This document shows, in pieces, positions 20,441-30,016 of a stretch of DNA of 64,000 bases (positions within the stretch are counted from its first letter, which is position 1; every line of letters starts with the position of its first letter). The position numbers were made by a program, and so were the translations under genes. The DNA is taken from assembly GCA_020627505.1 (NCBI GenBank), contig JAHDGS010000002.1:4213-68212 (forward strand), read 5' to 3'. The stretch comes from Myxococcota bacterium. GTDB lineage: Bacteria > Myxococcota > UBA727 > JAHDBA01. The notes below the pieces were generated by a model that saw only the letters and a program-made list of their open reading frames with translations, did not search any database and had not been told where the DNA came from.

Positions 20441-21994
20441 ATGATGTTTACTTTAGAGTTTCATGCGATTTTAGGTATCATTCTTCCGATTTTCGCGATT
20501 GTATTAAGTCTCGTCACGAAGCGCATTATTGTCGCGCTATCGTGTGCAGCATTTTTAGGGCATCTCCTACACAGTGGTCTCGGAGGCGTGCTGACTTTTT
20601 TGCAATCCATCGTCAAAAATGTCACGGACGTGGGGCACCTTCAAATTCTCGCCTTCACTTTTTTTATGTCGATTATGGTGGGTTGGATGGATATCTCCGG
20701 CTCACTTTCTTCCATCGTTTTTAAACTGACAGCACGTATTAAAACGCGGCGGCAAGTTGGTGTATCGAGTGCGCTTTTAGGCACTGCTTTTTTCTTTGAT
20801 GATTATGCCTCTGTGATGATTTGTGGAAACACGCTCAGACCACTCACAGACAAATTTCGCATATCACGTCAAAAACTGGCATATTTGATCGATTCAACGT
20901 CTGCGCCAATTGCCTCGCTTGCCGTGGTCTCAACCTGGATCGCTTATGAACTGTCTATGATGGAAGAATCGATGAAATCGAGCGGCCTCACATTCGAGCC
21001 GATGCAAGTTTTTCTCGATGGCTTACCTTATCGATTTTATCCTATCATCGCTCTTATCATCACGCTGTTGGTCGCTGTCTTCAATATCAATATCGGCCCC
21101 ATGAAAAAAGCTGAGCGAGAAGCCAGAACAGATTCGAAAAAAGAGGACACAACGATCGATCATGACACAACAGAAAGAAAGCACGCTCCATTTATCTACG
21201 CAGCTCTACCAATCGGTGCACTATTGATTTTGATGTTTTTATTTATGCTGATCGGTCCACATTTATTTTCAGGGCTACCTGCATATATTGATGCAGGTAT
21301 GCCGCTTCGTATACACCCTGATTATGACCCGTACGCATCTCTTGTTTGGAGCTCTCTTTTAGGCGCTGCCTTTGCACTATTTGGCGCCATCCGAAACAAG
21401 CAACAACAACAACTGATGAAAGGTGCGCAAAAAGCATTACATGAGATGAAAGATATTTTCATTATCTTGGTTTTAGCGTGGACCTTCGCGGAACTCATCA
21501 ATACACTTGAGGCCGGAAAAACCATCGCAAGTCTCATTCCTTCAGATCTCAATATTCGAACATTACCATTGATCACGTTTGTCCTATCTGGTCTTGTTGC
21601 CTTTTCGACCGGAACAAGCTGGGGCACGATGGCGATTTTGTTTCCGATCGTCACGCCAATTCTTGTGAGCCAGACAGGCACAAACTTCATAGAAGGTTCT
21701 ACCGAATATACGCTTTTAGCCTCGACCATGAGTGCGATTCTAGCAGGTGCCGTCTGGGGCGATCATTGCTCTCCCCTATCAGACACAACCATCTTATCTG
21801 CAGCGGCAGCTGGGACAACCGTCGTCGACCACGTCAATACGCAATGGCCTTACGCCATTATTGGTGCTGTGATTGCTGTTATTTGTGGGTATATACCCTA
21901 CATATTTGACCTCGGGATACCATTCATTCTACTCTTTTCATCTATAGTGTTAGCGCTATCAGTTTTTGGCTATAGGTTGCGATACACAGAATAA
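20441..21994 (+). CDS. Polytopic membrane transporter, probably Na+/H+ antiporter NhaC family
   Basis: Roughly 11-12 TM segments. Overall architecture and size (517 aa) resemble the NhaC family. Confidence 0.4.
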   Translation: MMFTLEFHAILGIILPIFAIVLSLVTKRIIVALSCAAFLGHLLHSGLGGVLTFLQSIVKNVTDVGHLQILAFTFFMSIMVGWMDISGSLSSIVFKLTARIKTRRQVGVSSALLGTAFFFDDYASVMICGNTLRPLTDKFRISRQKLAYLIDSTSAPIASLAVVSTWIAYELSMMEESMKSSGLTFEPMQVFLDGLPYRFYPIIALIITLLVAVFNINIGPMKKAEREARTDSKKEDTTIDHDTTERKHAPFIYAALPIGALLILMFLFMLIGPHLFSGLPAYIDAGMPLRIHPDYDPYASLVWSSLLGAAFALFGAIRNKQQQQLMKGAQKALHEMKDIFIILVLAWTFAELINTLEAGKTIASLIPSDLNIRTLPLITFVLSGLVAFSTGTSWGTMAILFPIVTPILVSQTGTNFIEGSTEYTLLASTMSAILAGAVWGDHCSPLSDTTILSAAAAGTTVVDHVNTQWPYAIIGAVIAVICGYIPYIFDLGIPFILLFSSIVLALSVFGYRLRYTE

Positions 21995-22066
21995 TTGAGC
22001 ACCAAAAAAGCCGTATAAAGTATTAAATATCATTGTCTTATCAACTTCAAAAGGCTAGCAGAAGCT

Positions 22067-23788
22067 ATGCAAACAGGGAAAAGTGCATTTCGAGCAGGAT
22101 TGGTCGTACTGAGTGCGTTGGTGATCGGCATATACTTTTTCGTTTCCAGTCGAAACTCCACCATCAACGAACGCAATGCATCCTTGTATTACGCGTTTCT
22201 TGAAAATGCGAGTGGCCTCTCAGCCAAGAGCCTTGTGACCGTCGCGGGCTTACAAGTCGGGATTATTGAAGAAATCAAATTGGTCGAGGTCACACGTGGG
22301 GAGTTTACCAATAACCCAGAAATTGAGCGGGTGAATGACGTCATGCGTGTGGCACGGGTGAATCTACGTATCAATAAAGATGTCACGATTCCTGAAGACT
22401 CTCGGCTGCGAAAAGAGTCTCTCGGCTTACTCGGTTCTCAAGCGCTCTTCCTCGATATCGGAACATCACCTGTCTTTCTTCAAGATGGCGAACGCATCGT
22501 CCGAGTTAAAGGCGTCGGCGGAATGGATGCATTGTTTGGAAAAATGGAGACATTGATCGATCGAATTGACGATAATCTCACCGGTATTGTCGCTGATATC
22601 AAAGGTATTACAGGTCAGTTAAACACAGTTGTCACTGGTGGTGATGGTGGTGATGATTTCGCAAAAGTATATCGTGACGTCATGGCACAACTTCAACAGA
22701 CTGTCGGTTCTATTAAAAGCGCAGTTGAAAGTATTGATGGCTTAGTCGATGAAAATAACGGTACTATTACGGCGCTATTAAACAATATTAACGGCATCAC
22801 AGGTGATATCCGACAGATTACAGAGAATGAAGATGGGCGTGGCGATGTTCAAAATACTGTTCGTGCCATTCGTCAAGTTTCGACTGACTTAGCGCTGATT
22901 ACAGGTAAGATTCGCGACGTCGTCGGTGAAAACGATGGTGAAATCGATCGAAGTATTACAGAGTTTAGACAGACCCTTGCTCGATTGAATCGATCGCTTG
23001 AATCCATTGCCAATATCACAGCAAAGGTTGAACGCGGTGAAGGTGCAGCTGGTAAGTTGCTTGCAGATGAGCGGCTTGGTCAACAACTCGAAAGTGCAAT
23101 TGCTGGCGCATCTGACTATATTACGGATGTCACGTCACTTGAAACACATGTTGATATGGGCGCATACCAATCATTGAAAAGACAGGTCTCAAACGTTTCA
23201 TTTCAATTACGTTTACAACCAGCACCTGATAAATATTACTTCCTTGAAGTCGTCAGCGATCGTGGATACGTCGAAAGCGTCAATCAGACTGGTTACTATA
23301 ATGACCAAAATGCAATCGGTGATGATATCATCGTCAGACGTGAGCGGAGCTACCAAATCGACAATCGCATTCGAATTACGGCAATGTACGCGAAGATTTT
23401 CTACGATTTCCTTGTTGTCCGCGCAGGTATTCTTGAAACAAGTGGTGGTCTTGGGATGGACTTTAAGTTTTTGAATGACCGTATCATTCTTAGAAACGAT
23501 CTATTTAACTTCACCGGCCCACGAGACCTGGCGCTTACAGGTGACCCATTCTATGATGACCGAAACTTTCTTCCGCGTCTTCGAACAATGTTGAAGATTC
23601 AGCCTGTTCCATTCTTTTACCTCAATCTTGGTATCGACGACCCGTTGAACTCAATCAACTTTGCCAACGATCCTAATTTCTACTCGCCTGACCCATTTGT
23701 TGATGGCTATGGACTCGACTATATCTTTGGCGTCGGACTTCGATTTACAGATAGTGACCTCAGAGCAATCCTTCCATTCTTGCCCTAG
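22067..23788 (+). CDS. MlaD/MCE family protein with a long C-terminal helical extension
   Basis: N-terminal TM anchor then an MCE domain (NASGLSAKSLVTVAGLQVGIIEEIKLVEV). About 400 aa of repetitive helical sequence follows. Confidence 0.65.
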   Translation: MQTGKSAFRAGLVVLSALVIGIYFFVSSRNSTINERNASLYYAFLENASGLSAKSLVTVAGLQVGIIEEIKLVEVTRGEFTNNPEIERVNDVMRVARVNLRINKDVTIPEDSRLRKESLGLLGSQALFLDIGTSPVFLQDGERIVRVKGVGGMDALFGKMETLIDRIDDNLTGIVADIKGITGQLNTVVTGGDGGDDFAKVYRDVMAQLQQTVGSIKSAVESIDGLVDENNGTITALLNNINGITGDIRQITENEDGRGDVQNTVRAIRQVSTDLALITGKIRDVVGENDGEIDRSITEFRQTLARLNRSLESIANITAKVERGEGAAGKLLADERLGQQLESAIAGASDYITDVTSLETHVDMGAYQSLKRQVSNVSFQLRLQPAPDKYYFLEVVSDRGYVESVNQTGYYNDQNAIGDDIIVRRERSYQIDNRIRITAMYAKIFYDFLVVRAGILETSGGLGMDFKFLNDRIILRNDLFNFTGPRDLALTGDPFYDDRNFLPRLRTMLKIQPVPFFYLNLGIDDPLNSINFANDPNFYSPDPFVDGYGLDYIFGVGLRFTDSDLRAILPFLP

Positions 23789-23804
23789 CGTAAGTTCATA
23801 AATT

Positions 23805-24083
23805 AAAAAATCCGGCTCAAAGGCCGGATTAAAAGGGAAGTTGTGGAGATCGTTTATCTATCTACTCGGCAGTTTCTCTTCATCAGGGTTTTCGTCATGT
23901 CGGTGAATAAAATTGGTTATTTTTTTTATCCGTCAAATGATCGACAAAAATATATGTATGGTCGAAGTGAAAAATCGAATCTCGTTCGTCTTCTATATTG
24001 TAGGCAGAAAGGTCCTCACGGAAATGATGCCTCCTATATGTGTGTTCTTCTAAAACGTCCTGGTTTTCCAGGCGTTTTTTTTG
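23805..24083 (+). repeat. Copy A of a ~275-bp non-coding repeat family (core only)
   Basis: Near-identical to 51992-52267 and 52418-52696, and to the reverse complement of 45112-45262. Bounded by hairpin atccggcTCAAAggccggat at the 5' end and cctggTTTTccagg plus a T8 run at the 3' end. Confidence 0.85.
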
Positions 24084-24120
24084 CCAACACAAAGTTAGCG
24101 CACTTCATACAATAAGATGT

Positions 24121-25035
24121 TTAATGATGTTGTCGCCGTGAGGCAAAAAAGCGATTGAGTTGTGCTTCACATTCATCAGCCAATAAGCCGCTCGTAAACA
24201 TCGTTTGAGATTCCGCCAACCGTTCAAATAAATTCCGATGCAATTTGGTTTGGCGGGTTTGACTTGCGCCAAAGTAAATTTGCAGAATACCTGCGTGCGC
24301 AATCGCGCCAAGACACATCTGGCACGGTTCAAGTGTCGAATATAATACGCAGTCAGAGAGACGCCATCGAGCAAGCTTTTTGCTTGCTTCCGCTATCGCC
24401 AGGCATTCTGCATGCGCCAGGACAGTTTTTTGTTCTTCAACACGATTGAAAGAAATCGATAAGCACGTATCGCCCTGATAAATTGATGCCGCAATTGGAA
24501 TTTCTACTGAATCTTCAGGAATTGCCATACAAAGTTTATGCATACGCGCTCGGTGTTTTGCATGTTCAGCATCGGATAAAAGTTTCTTGGGTTGCCACAT
24601 TGTGAGCTGTTGACGGGCAAGTACATTTAATACGTCGAAGCTTTTTTGTTCTTTCAATGCCAAATCACATTTGCGTATGATCGTCATGACATTTTCATGA
24701 TGCATGTCAGCATAACCATTCTGCTCATCAAGCAACTGGCAATATAGTTCGAATAGAATTGAACGATCGATTGCTGTCACATCGATATGGACTAACACTT
24801 TCGAACGTGATTTTAAGTATAGTCTATACTGCCCCTCATCGTCGTCCAACCAAACGAAATAGCGCCCGCCCTGTTCAAAGAAGAGTGCTACCGCCGATGA
24901 TTCGGGTTCCCGTGTTGTAAGATATAAGTGCACAGGCTCTTTGTCATCGCCACCGAAACTGATCTCCCAGTCTTGCTCAGTCTGGCCAATCACGCGAAGA
25001 CGTTCATAGGCTTTCATTCTGAAACGGGTACCCAC
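24121..25035 (-). CDS. TadA-like tRNA adenosine deaminase domain (C-terminal ~150 aa) fused to an N-terminal ~150-aa domain of unknown function
   Basis: The C-terminal half is collinear with E. coli TadA (HAECLAIAEA ... EPCQMCLGAI ... LADECEAQLNRFFASRRQ). The N-terminal half has no recognisable motif but is in frame with no stops. The start overlaps the upstream ATPase gene by 22 nt. Confidence 0.65.
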   Translation of the reverse strand: MGTRFRMKAYERLRVIGQTEQDWEISFGGDDKEPVHLYLTTREPESSAVALFFEQGGRYFVWLDDDEGQYRLYLKSRSKVLVHIDVTAIDRSILFELYCQLLDEQNGYADMHHENVMTIIRKCDLALKEQKSFDVLNVLARQQLTMWQPKKLLSDAEHAKHRARMHKLCMAIPEDSVEIPIAASIYQGDTCLSISFNRVEEQKTVLAHAECLAIAEASKKLARWRLSDCVLYSTLEPCQMCLGAIAHAGILQIYFGASQTRQTKLHRNLFERLAESQTMFTSGLLADECEAQLNRFFASRRQHH

Positions 25036-27341
25036 AATAACCGAAGTGACTTCAATTCAATATCTGATTTCTCGAGCCGAATCTCTTTCTCCTCAATTGC
25101 TTTCGCTTCTTCCAACATCTCAAACTCAAGATCTTCAATCGCCGTACTCAGCTCCAGTTCAAGCGCTTTGATATCCTCAGTAATTGCATCTCTTTTATCT
25201 TCAGCTTGTTCAATACGTTGCTCGGCTTTACCAACTCGATTATGGGAACGCATTGAACCTGAAATAGAACGACGTCGCCCCATAAAAACACCTAAAATTG
25301 TCTCACCGACATTCATCAGACGTTCCGATTTACGATCTTCTAAGTCTGCCTCATATGTTTCGACTTTATCAACAGCCACATCTAATCGGTCTTTTAGCTT
25401 TTTATGTTTGACTGAAAATCGTTCTTTAAGCTGTGTCAGCTTGTCAAGATGACACGCCTCATATGCATTCATCACACGTTCTGTAAATACTTCTTTGGTT
25501 TCATCTCCAAGACTACGAAGCTTCATTTTTTTGTGAATAAATTGTGTTTTTGAAGCTTCAGCATAGAGCTGTGCCTTAAGGGCTTTTCCTGCTTTTGCGA
25601 CTTCTTTTTGCTCATCAAGAGACGCCGGCAGATCTTCATATGCCCAGTCATACTCTGCCTCTCGAAGTGTTTCTTCAGTATTCACTTCAAAACGTTTCCA
25701 ACGATCTTCTTCAAGTGGATACATGATATAAGAATGCGTCTCATTCACGACATAGTCACCACGTGTATCATCAAATCGACACGCCATTTCAGCGAGCAGG
25801 GCCGGTTTGTATATTCGTTTAGACGCAGGATTTGTTGGCGCAACGCCAAAATATTCGTGGCTGGTTGGGTGATAAACTTTATACTGTGATAGGTATATAT
25901 CATCGATCGGTGCGATCGGTTTAACTGACTGTCCCCTGGCTTTTGCGTTCGACACGGCTTCATTTTGAGGTTCTTTGTCAGCCGCTTTACGTTGCCCAAT
26001 CGGCGTCTCTACATTGATATTAAAGTCTGATACCAGTTTCTGTTCAGCCAGTTTAGGAAACTCTTGTTCAGTGATCGGTCCTCGCAAATATGCGATCGCA
26101 TGTCGACTCGAAATCACTTCGGGCCCATCAAACTTTGGGTGTTGAACTAAAAATTCTCGAGGCGCCAAAGCTTGTATTGTCTCATCCAGATCTGGTCGCC
26201 CCATTCCGTCGAGCAAGCGGCTTCGATCTTGCTTCGTTTGCAGGCGACCAACACACCATAAGCCCGCATTTGAAATTGCCTTGTAGTCGAGATCGATTGG
26301 ATTCTGCGTCGCGAGAACCACTCCAAATCCAACAGCCCGACTCTGTTTCATTAACGTGAGAATCGGGTCTTTGGTGACTGGATTTTTAGGTGCAGGTGGT
26401 AAGAAACCGGCGACTTCATCAAAGAACAGCAAACCCTCTAAATCTTCTGAGCCTTTTTGTGTCCGGGTATACGCCAGTATCTGTGACAATAAAATTGACA
26501 AGAAAAAATGGCGTTCCGATTCACTCAAGTGTGCCAGCGTAAAGATTGATACAGGAACACGTCCGTCTGACCGATCCATGAGCTTGTCAATCGATAATGC
26601 TGGTCCAGTTCGCCAAGCCTCAAAAGTTGGTGCAGCGAGTAGGTTATTCAACGCCATCGCAAGCGCCATTCTTTTCTTTTCTGGACATACAGTTTCAACG
26701 GGAAAAAATCCAATCTTCTCAAATGGTGGATTCATCACTGCAGGAATCAAAGACTCAACAGAGAAATTGAGCTCATCAATTGAGAGATGTTCGAGAATGG
26801 AGCATAGCAATATATGCTCAGGGTCATTAATCGGATCAATATCACGATCGAGCAGCGTGAATAGCCCGGAGACATAAGAGCGTATTAAGTCTGTCTTCGT
26901 TTCAGCTGTCACGCTGCCTTTCATCTCTGGCGCAGCAAGAAGATTGATCGGCGTTGCCGTTGTTCGTCCTGGGGTAAAGAGTTGCACATTCATTTTTTGC
27001 CGTAATGCCGACACATCAGTCTCAGAAATGCCGATTTCTTCAACACCTGTTCGCCAGCGCTGTGCAACATCGGTGGCATCTTCACCTTCTGGCGTCCATG
27101 CGCTAAAATTGGCTGCATTCATTTCTTCAAAAACCAGTGCAAGGTTTGTCAGATCGCCTTTTGGATCGATGGCAATAATAGGAATATCTTGCGCAATCAA
27201 AGACTCCAACAGTGTGACAGAGAAGCCTGTTTTACCGCTGCCTGTCATACCGACAACGATTCCATGTGTTCTCAACCTTTTTGGTTGAATAATAAATGCT
27301 TCATTTTTTTGGGTGAAGCCATTGATTTGAATACTTTTCAT
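25014..27341 (-). CDS. P-loop ATPase of the HerA/FtsK superfamily (DUF853/DUF87-like) with a C-terminal coiled coil
   Basis: Walker A GMTGSGKTG near the N-terminus. IIAIDPKGD, LLFFDEVAGF (Walker B-like) and VLATQNPIDLD ... GRLQTKQDRSRL resemble HerA/YjgR-type ATPases. The last ~150 aa form a charged coiled coil. Confidence 0.55.
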   Translation of the reverse strand: MKSIQINGFTQKNEAFIIQPKRLRTHGIVVGMTGSGKTGFSVTLLESLIAQDIPIIAIDPKGDLTNLALVFEEMNAANFSAWTPEGEDATDVAQRWRTGVEEIGISETDVSALRQKMNVQLFTPGRTTATPINLLAAPEMKGSVTAETKTDLIRSYVSGLFTLLDRDIDPINDPEHILLCSILEHLSIDELNFSVESLIPAVMNPPFEKIGFFPVETVCPEKKRMALAMALNNLLAAPTFEAWRTGPALSIDKLMDRSDGRVPVSIFTLAHLSESERHFFLSILLSQILAYTRTQKGSEDLEGLLFFDEVAGFLPPAPKNPVTKDPILTLMKQSRAVGFGVVLATQNPIDLDYKAISNAGLWCVGRLQTKQDRSRLLDGMGRPDLDETIQALAPREFLVQHPKFDGPEVISSRHAIAYLRGPITEQEFPKLAEQKLVSDFNINVETPIGQRKAADKEPQNEAVSNAKARGQSVKPIAPIDDIYLSQYKVYHPTSHEYFGVAPTNPASKRIYKPALLAEMACRFDDTRGDYVVNETHSYIMYPLEEDRWKRFEVNTEETLREAEYDWAYEDLPASLDEQKEVAKAGKALKAQLYAEASKTQFIHKKMKLRSLGDETKEVFTERVMNAYEACHLDKLTQLKERFSVKHKKLKDRLDVAVDKVETYEADLEDRKSERLMNVGETILGVFMGRRRSISGSMRSHNRVGKAEQRIEQAEDKRDAITEDIKALELELSTAIEDLEFEMLEEAKAIEEKEIRLEKSDIELKSLRLLWVPVSE

Positions 27342-27356
27342 AGCTTCTTTTAACAG

Positions 27357-28331
27357 TTATCGCCGCGTCAGCCAAATGCCTTTGGTCGAAACAATCTGTT
27401 CGTCATTTTGCGACATGAAATCTCGGCCAAGTGGCATCTTTACGATGTCGAATTGAATCTGATATTTATGAAAAGCATGTTCAACTGTATCGAATAAACT
27501 CGTATGGTTTAGACGTCGACTATTACATGCAAAACACAAAAAGCCGCCTGGTGATAGAAGCTGTGCACAGGCTTCGGCTAAGGTCAAAAGCTGCGTGCTG
27601 GCCTGCATATTGTCTCCACGCGCTTGAGACGCACCACGAGAAAAGACTGGCGGATCACAAAAGATAATATCATAACGACGTTCTTGTCGGATCAGTCGCT
27701 TTAAAAATTTGAATGCATCGTCGATAATGAATCGATGTGCTTTCGGATCGCCCCCATTGAGCGCATAGTTATGTGCAGCCCATGTTGCTGTTTTCCGTGC
27801 TGCGTCAACATGATCGATATGTGCTGCACCACCACATATCGCCGCCACACCTGTAGCACCAGCATGCGCAAAAAGGTTGAGTACTTTTTGCCCTGGTGCG
27901 AGGTATTCGATGCGATCTCTTGTTAAGCGTTGATCGAAAAAGATGCCGACACCACCAGCCCCTGCGTCACCTAGGCGAACGTTGACGCGCCGATTTCGCT
28001 CACGAATCTGTACTTCTACTTCATGGACCGTGTCATGAATAACTTTAATGCGCCCTTTTTTCTGGCGAAGAATCGAAACAATCCCTTGTGGATTGACCCG
28101 GTGAGAAATGAGCTGACAGATATCCGAATTCATTCCTGCAAGATTCGGATCGTAATACTCTACGCGAATATAGTCGCCGTAACGATCGATGACGAGGTCA
28201 GCACAACCATCACCAGATCGATCGAATAGACGATGACTATGATGACAGACGTCATCAACACCTTCTGAAAACCATTTAAGCCGAAGCGATATCGCACGCT
28301 CGATATCGGCTAATACTTTTGAACGCTGCAT
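27357..28331 (-). CDS. Class I SAM-dependent RNA methyltransferase, RlmI/RlmK-like
   Basis: DLVIDRYGDYIRVEYY (RlmI N-terminal-domain-like), GVAAICGGAAHIDHVD (SAM binding) and IIFCDPPVFSRG (catalytic DPP/F motif). Confidence 0.6.
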   Translation of the reverse strand: MQRSKVLADIERAISLRLKWFSEGVDDVCHHSHRLFDRSGDGCADLVIDRYGDYIRVEYYDPNLAGMNSDICQLISHRVNPQGIVSILRQKKGRIKVIHDTVHEVEVQIRERNRRVNVRLGDAGAGGVGIFFDQRLTRDRIEYLAPGQKVLNLFAHAGATGVAAICGGAAHIDHVDAARKTATWAAHNYALNGGDPKAHRFIIDDAFKFLKRLIRQERRYDIIFCDPPVFSRGASQARGDNMQASTQLLTLAEACAQLLSPGGFLCFACNSRRLNHTSLFDTVEHAFHKYQIQFDIVKMPLGRDFMSQNDEQIVSTKGIWLTRR

Positions 28332-28332
28332 T

Positions 28333-28707
28333 CTACGCCCTAAAACGATCGCGCCGACGATCTTCTATTCGCTCACTCAAGGCATGAAGTATTGCCAACG
28401 GACTCGGCGCCTCAGTTTCAGTCGACGATGCCTTCTCTTCAAAATGGGCTTCAACAACAGCTTTATCTTTTGAAAAAATATTCTGAGCCGCTGTCGGCGG
28501 AATCGTCTCTTTCACCTGTTGAAACAACGCATACCATTTGACCCAATTTTGATGGGCATCAAACACCAAAGGATGATTGATGGACTGAAAAATGGGATAT
28601 GCTTCCGAAACACATTGAACTGCACGACCAAAATCTCGTGCCTGCGCCGCTTCAAGCGCAGCCTCCCATTTGGTCATCGCGATTTCATATTGCGATTGGC
28701 GACTCAT
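28333..28707 (-). CDS. Hypothetical protein (124 aa)
   Basis: ORF in tight operon context: 1-nt gap to the downstream gene and 4-nt overlap with the upstream gene. Confidence 0.4.
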   Translation of the reverse strand: MSRQSQYEIAMTKWEAALEAAQARDFGRAVQCVSEAYPIFQSINHPLVFDAHQNWVKWYALFQQVKETIPPTAAQNIFSKDKAVVEAHFEEKASSTETEAPSPLAILHALSERIEDRRRDRFRA

Positions 28708-29993
28708 GCGTCTTTTTTTCCGTGGCCCGTTTTTTTAACAGTCTTCTTTTTTGTTGTCGCCTTTTTAACAACCTTTTTGGTCACTTTCTTGGTCGTCTTT
28801 TTTATTGTTGTTTTTTTGGTGGTCTTCTTTTTCGCCGTCGATTTTTTTGCAGGTGTTTTTTTGGCCACTTTCTTTTTTGTTGTCTTTTCGGCTGCCTTTT
28901 TGGTTGCCTTTTTCGTCGATTTTTTCGCAGCCTTCTTCGCAGGCTTTTTTGACTCTATTGTTTCGGCAGAATGAGCGGCTTGTTCTATCAGCTGCTCTTC
29001 GACATCGGGCTTTTCATCGGCAGGCACAGCTTTGCCTTCAAGTACAACCGCCTTTTGGGAAGAAATATCTCCCTTATTCTCAAGCTTCTCAGTATCAATA
29101 TCAGATTCAACAACCGCATTGGGTTTGGGTGTATGACTCGATATTTCTTCTTGCTGTTGTAACATTTCAAGATGTTTCTTCAATGCGTCCGAGTACAGAT
29201 CAAAATCTGATTTAGGTAGGACAACAAGTCGAATACGGTCTTTCGGGTGTGGGTTCACAATTCGATTCAGCACATAATTCAAACTCGATAAAGCAACATT
29301 GCCAAGCGCAAAAACCGGCTGCGCCGCATGGTCTGCAAGCACACTGCTCTCACCGGCCTTGATGGCACCTTGCTCATCGATCGTCAGAACCAGTCGCGGA
29401 TGGCGCGCATGCTCAAAGACATGCGCCATTATATCAGCCTGCCGAAATCCAAGTTTTAAGATCTGCTGCAATGCTTCTTTGGCACGCGTCGACTTTTCGT
29501 CTATCGAAGAAGCTAATTGATATTTATATCGATCGTCTTGAACAAAGTCGAAGAATTTAGGTAAGCGAATATCCTCGCCTGATCCATTATGGGTTTTGGG
29601 ACTCAGTAACCGATCGAGCTGTCGTTGTTCTTCGCCTGCATTTTGTGCAACACGCGCACGGTTTGCATCACTTGATACCAACGGGTTAACCCCACCAACA
29701 ACATAACGTCCAAGACGTTGATAAGGTTGATTACTGACACGACGTCTTTTATTATTTTTGGTATTGTTGGCACCTGGTAATAGGCCACTCAAATCATGTG
29801 TGGGGTTGACTTCGATTCTATTACCAAAATTATCGACGACGGTCTGCTCTTCTTCAATACTTTTCTTTTCGTTGCCTAAACCATCTGGTGCCTCTTTCAG
29901 TCGAGACTTGAGAACGCGATTGCCAATGCCATCGCCCGGCTGAATCCCATTTGGCTCACCGGAGTAGACGCGTTTTTTTCTTCTTCTTCGCAT
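28704..29993 (-). CDS. Protein with a histone-H1/AlgP-like Lys-Ala-Thr-rich C-terminal tail
   Basis: The C-terminal ~90 aa are KKAAKKSTKKATKK...-type repeats. The N-terminal 330 aa have no recognisable motif. It sits immediately downstream of yidC. Confidence 0.5.
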   Translation of the reverse strand: MRRRRKKRVYSGEPNGIQPGDGIGNRVLKSRLKEAPDGLGNEKKSIEEEQTVVDNFGNRIEVNPTHDLSGLLPGANNTKNNKRRRVSNQPYQRLGRYVVGGVNPLVSSDANRARVAQNAGEEQRQLDRLLSPKTHNGSGEDIRLPKFFDFVQDDRYKYQLASSIDEKSTRAKEALQQILKLGFRQADIMAHVFEHARHPRLVLTIDEQGAIKAGESSVLADHAAQPVFALGNVALSSLNYVLNRIVNPHPKDRIRLVVLPKSDFDLYSDALKKHLEMLQQQEEISSHTPKPNAVVESDIDTEKLENKGDISSQKAVVLEGKAVPADEKPDVEEQLIEQAAHSAETIESKKPAKKAAKKSTKKATKKAAEKTTKKKVAKKTPAKKSTAKKKTTKKTTIKKTTKKVTKKVVKKATTKKKTVKKTGHGKKDA

Positions 29994-30016
29994 ATTTTCC
30001 TCGACTCAAGACGGCG

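Noticed and set aside
21322-21729. An antisense 135-aa ORF inside the NhaC-like transporter gene.
   Set aside because: It lies fully within a well-supported polytopic membrane protein ORF on the other strand, with no RBS.
24121-27341. A HerA-like ATPase plus a deaminase read as an anti-phage defence or toxin module.
   Set aside because: The deaminase is collinear with housekeeping TadA throughout. The genes are embedded in a tight operon with yidC and an rRNA methyltransferase. There is no immunity gene or nuclease partner. The observation is kept only as a low-confidence hypothesis in the findings.
28519-28974. A Phe/Val-rich ORF that looks like a membrane protein on the plus strand.
   Set aside because: It is antisense to the Lys-rich tail codons (AAG/AAA read as CTT/TTT). 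It is a compositional artefact.
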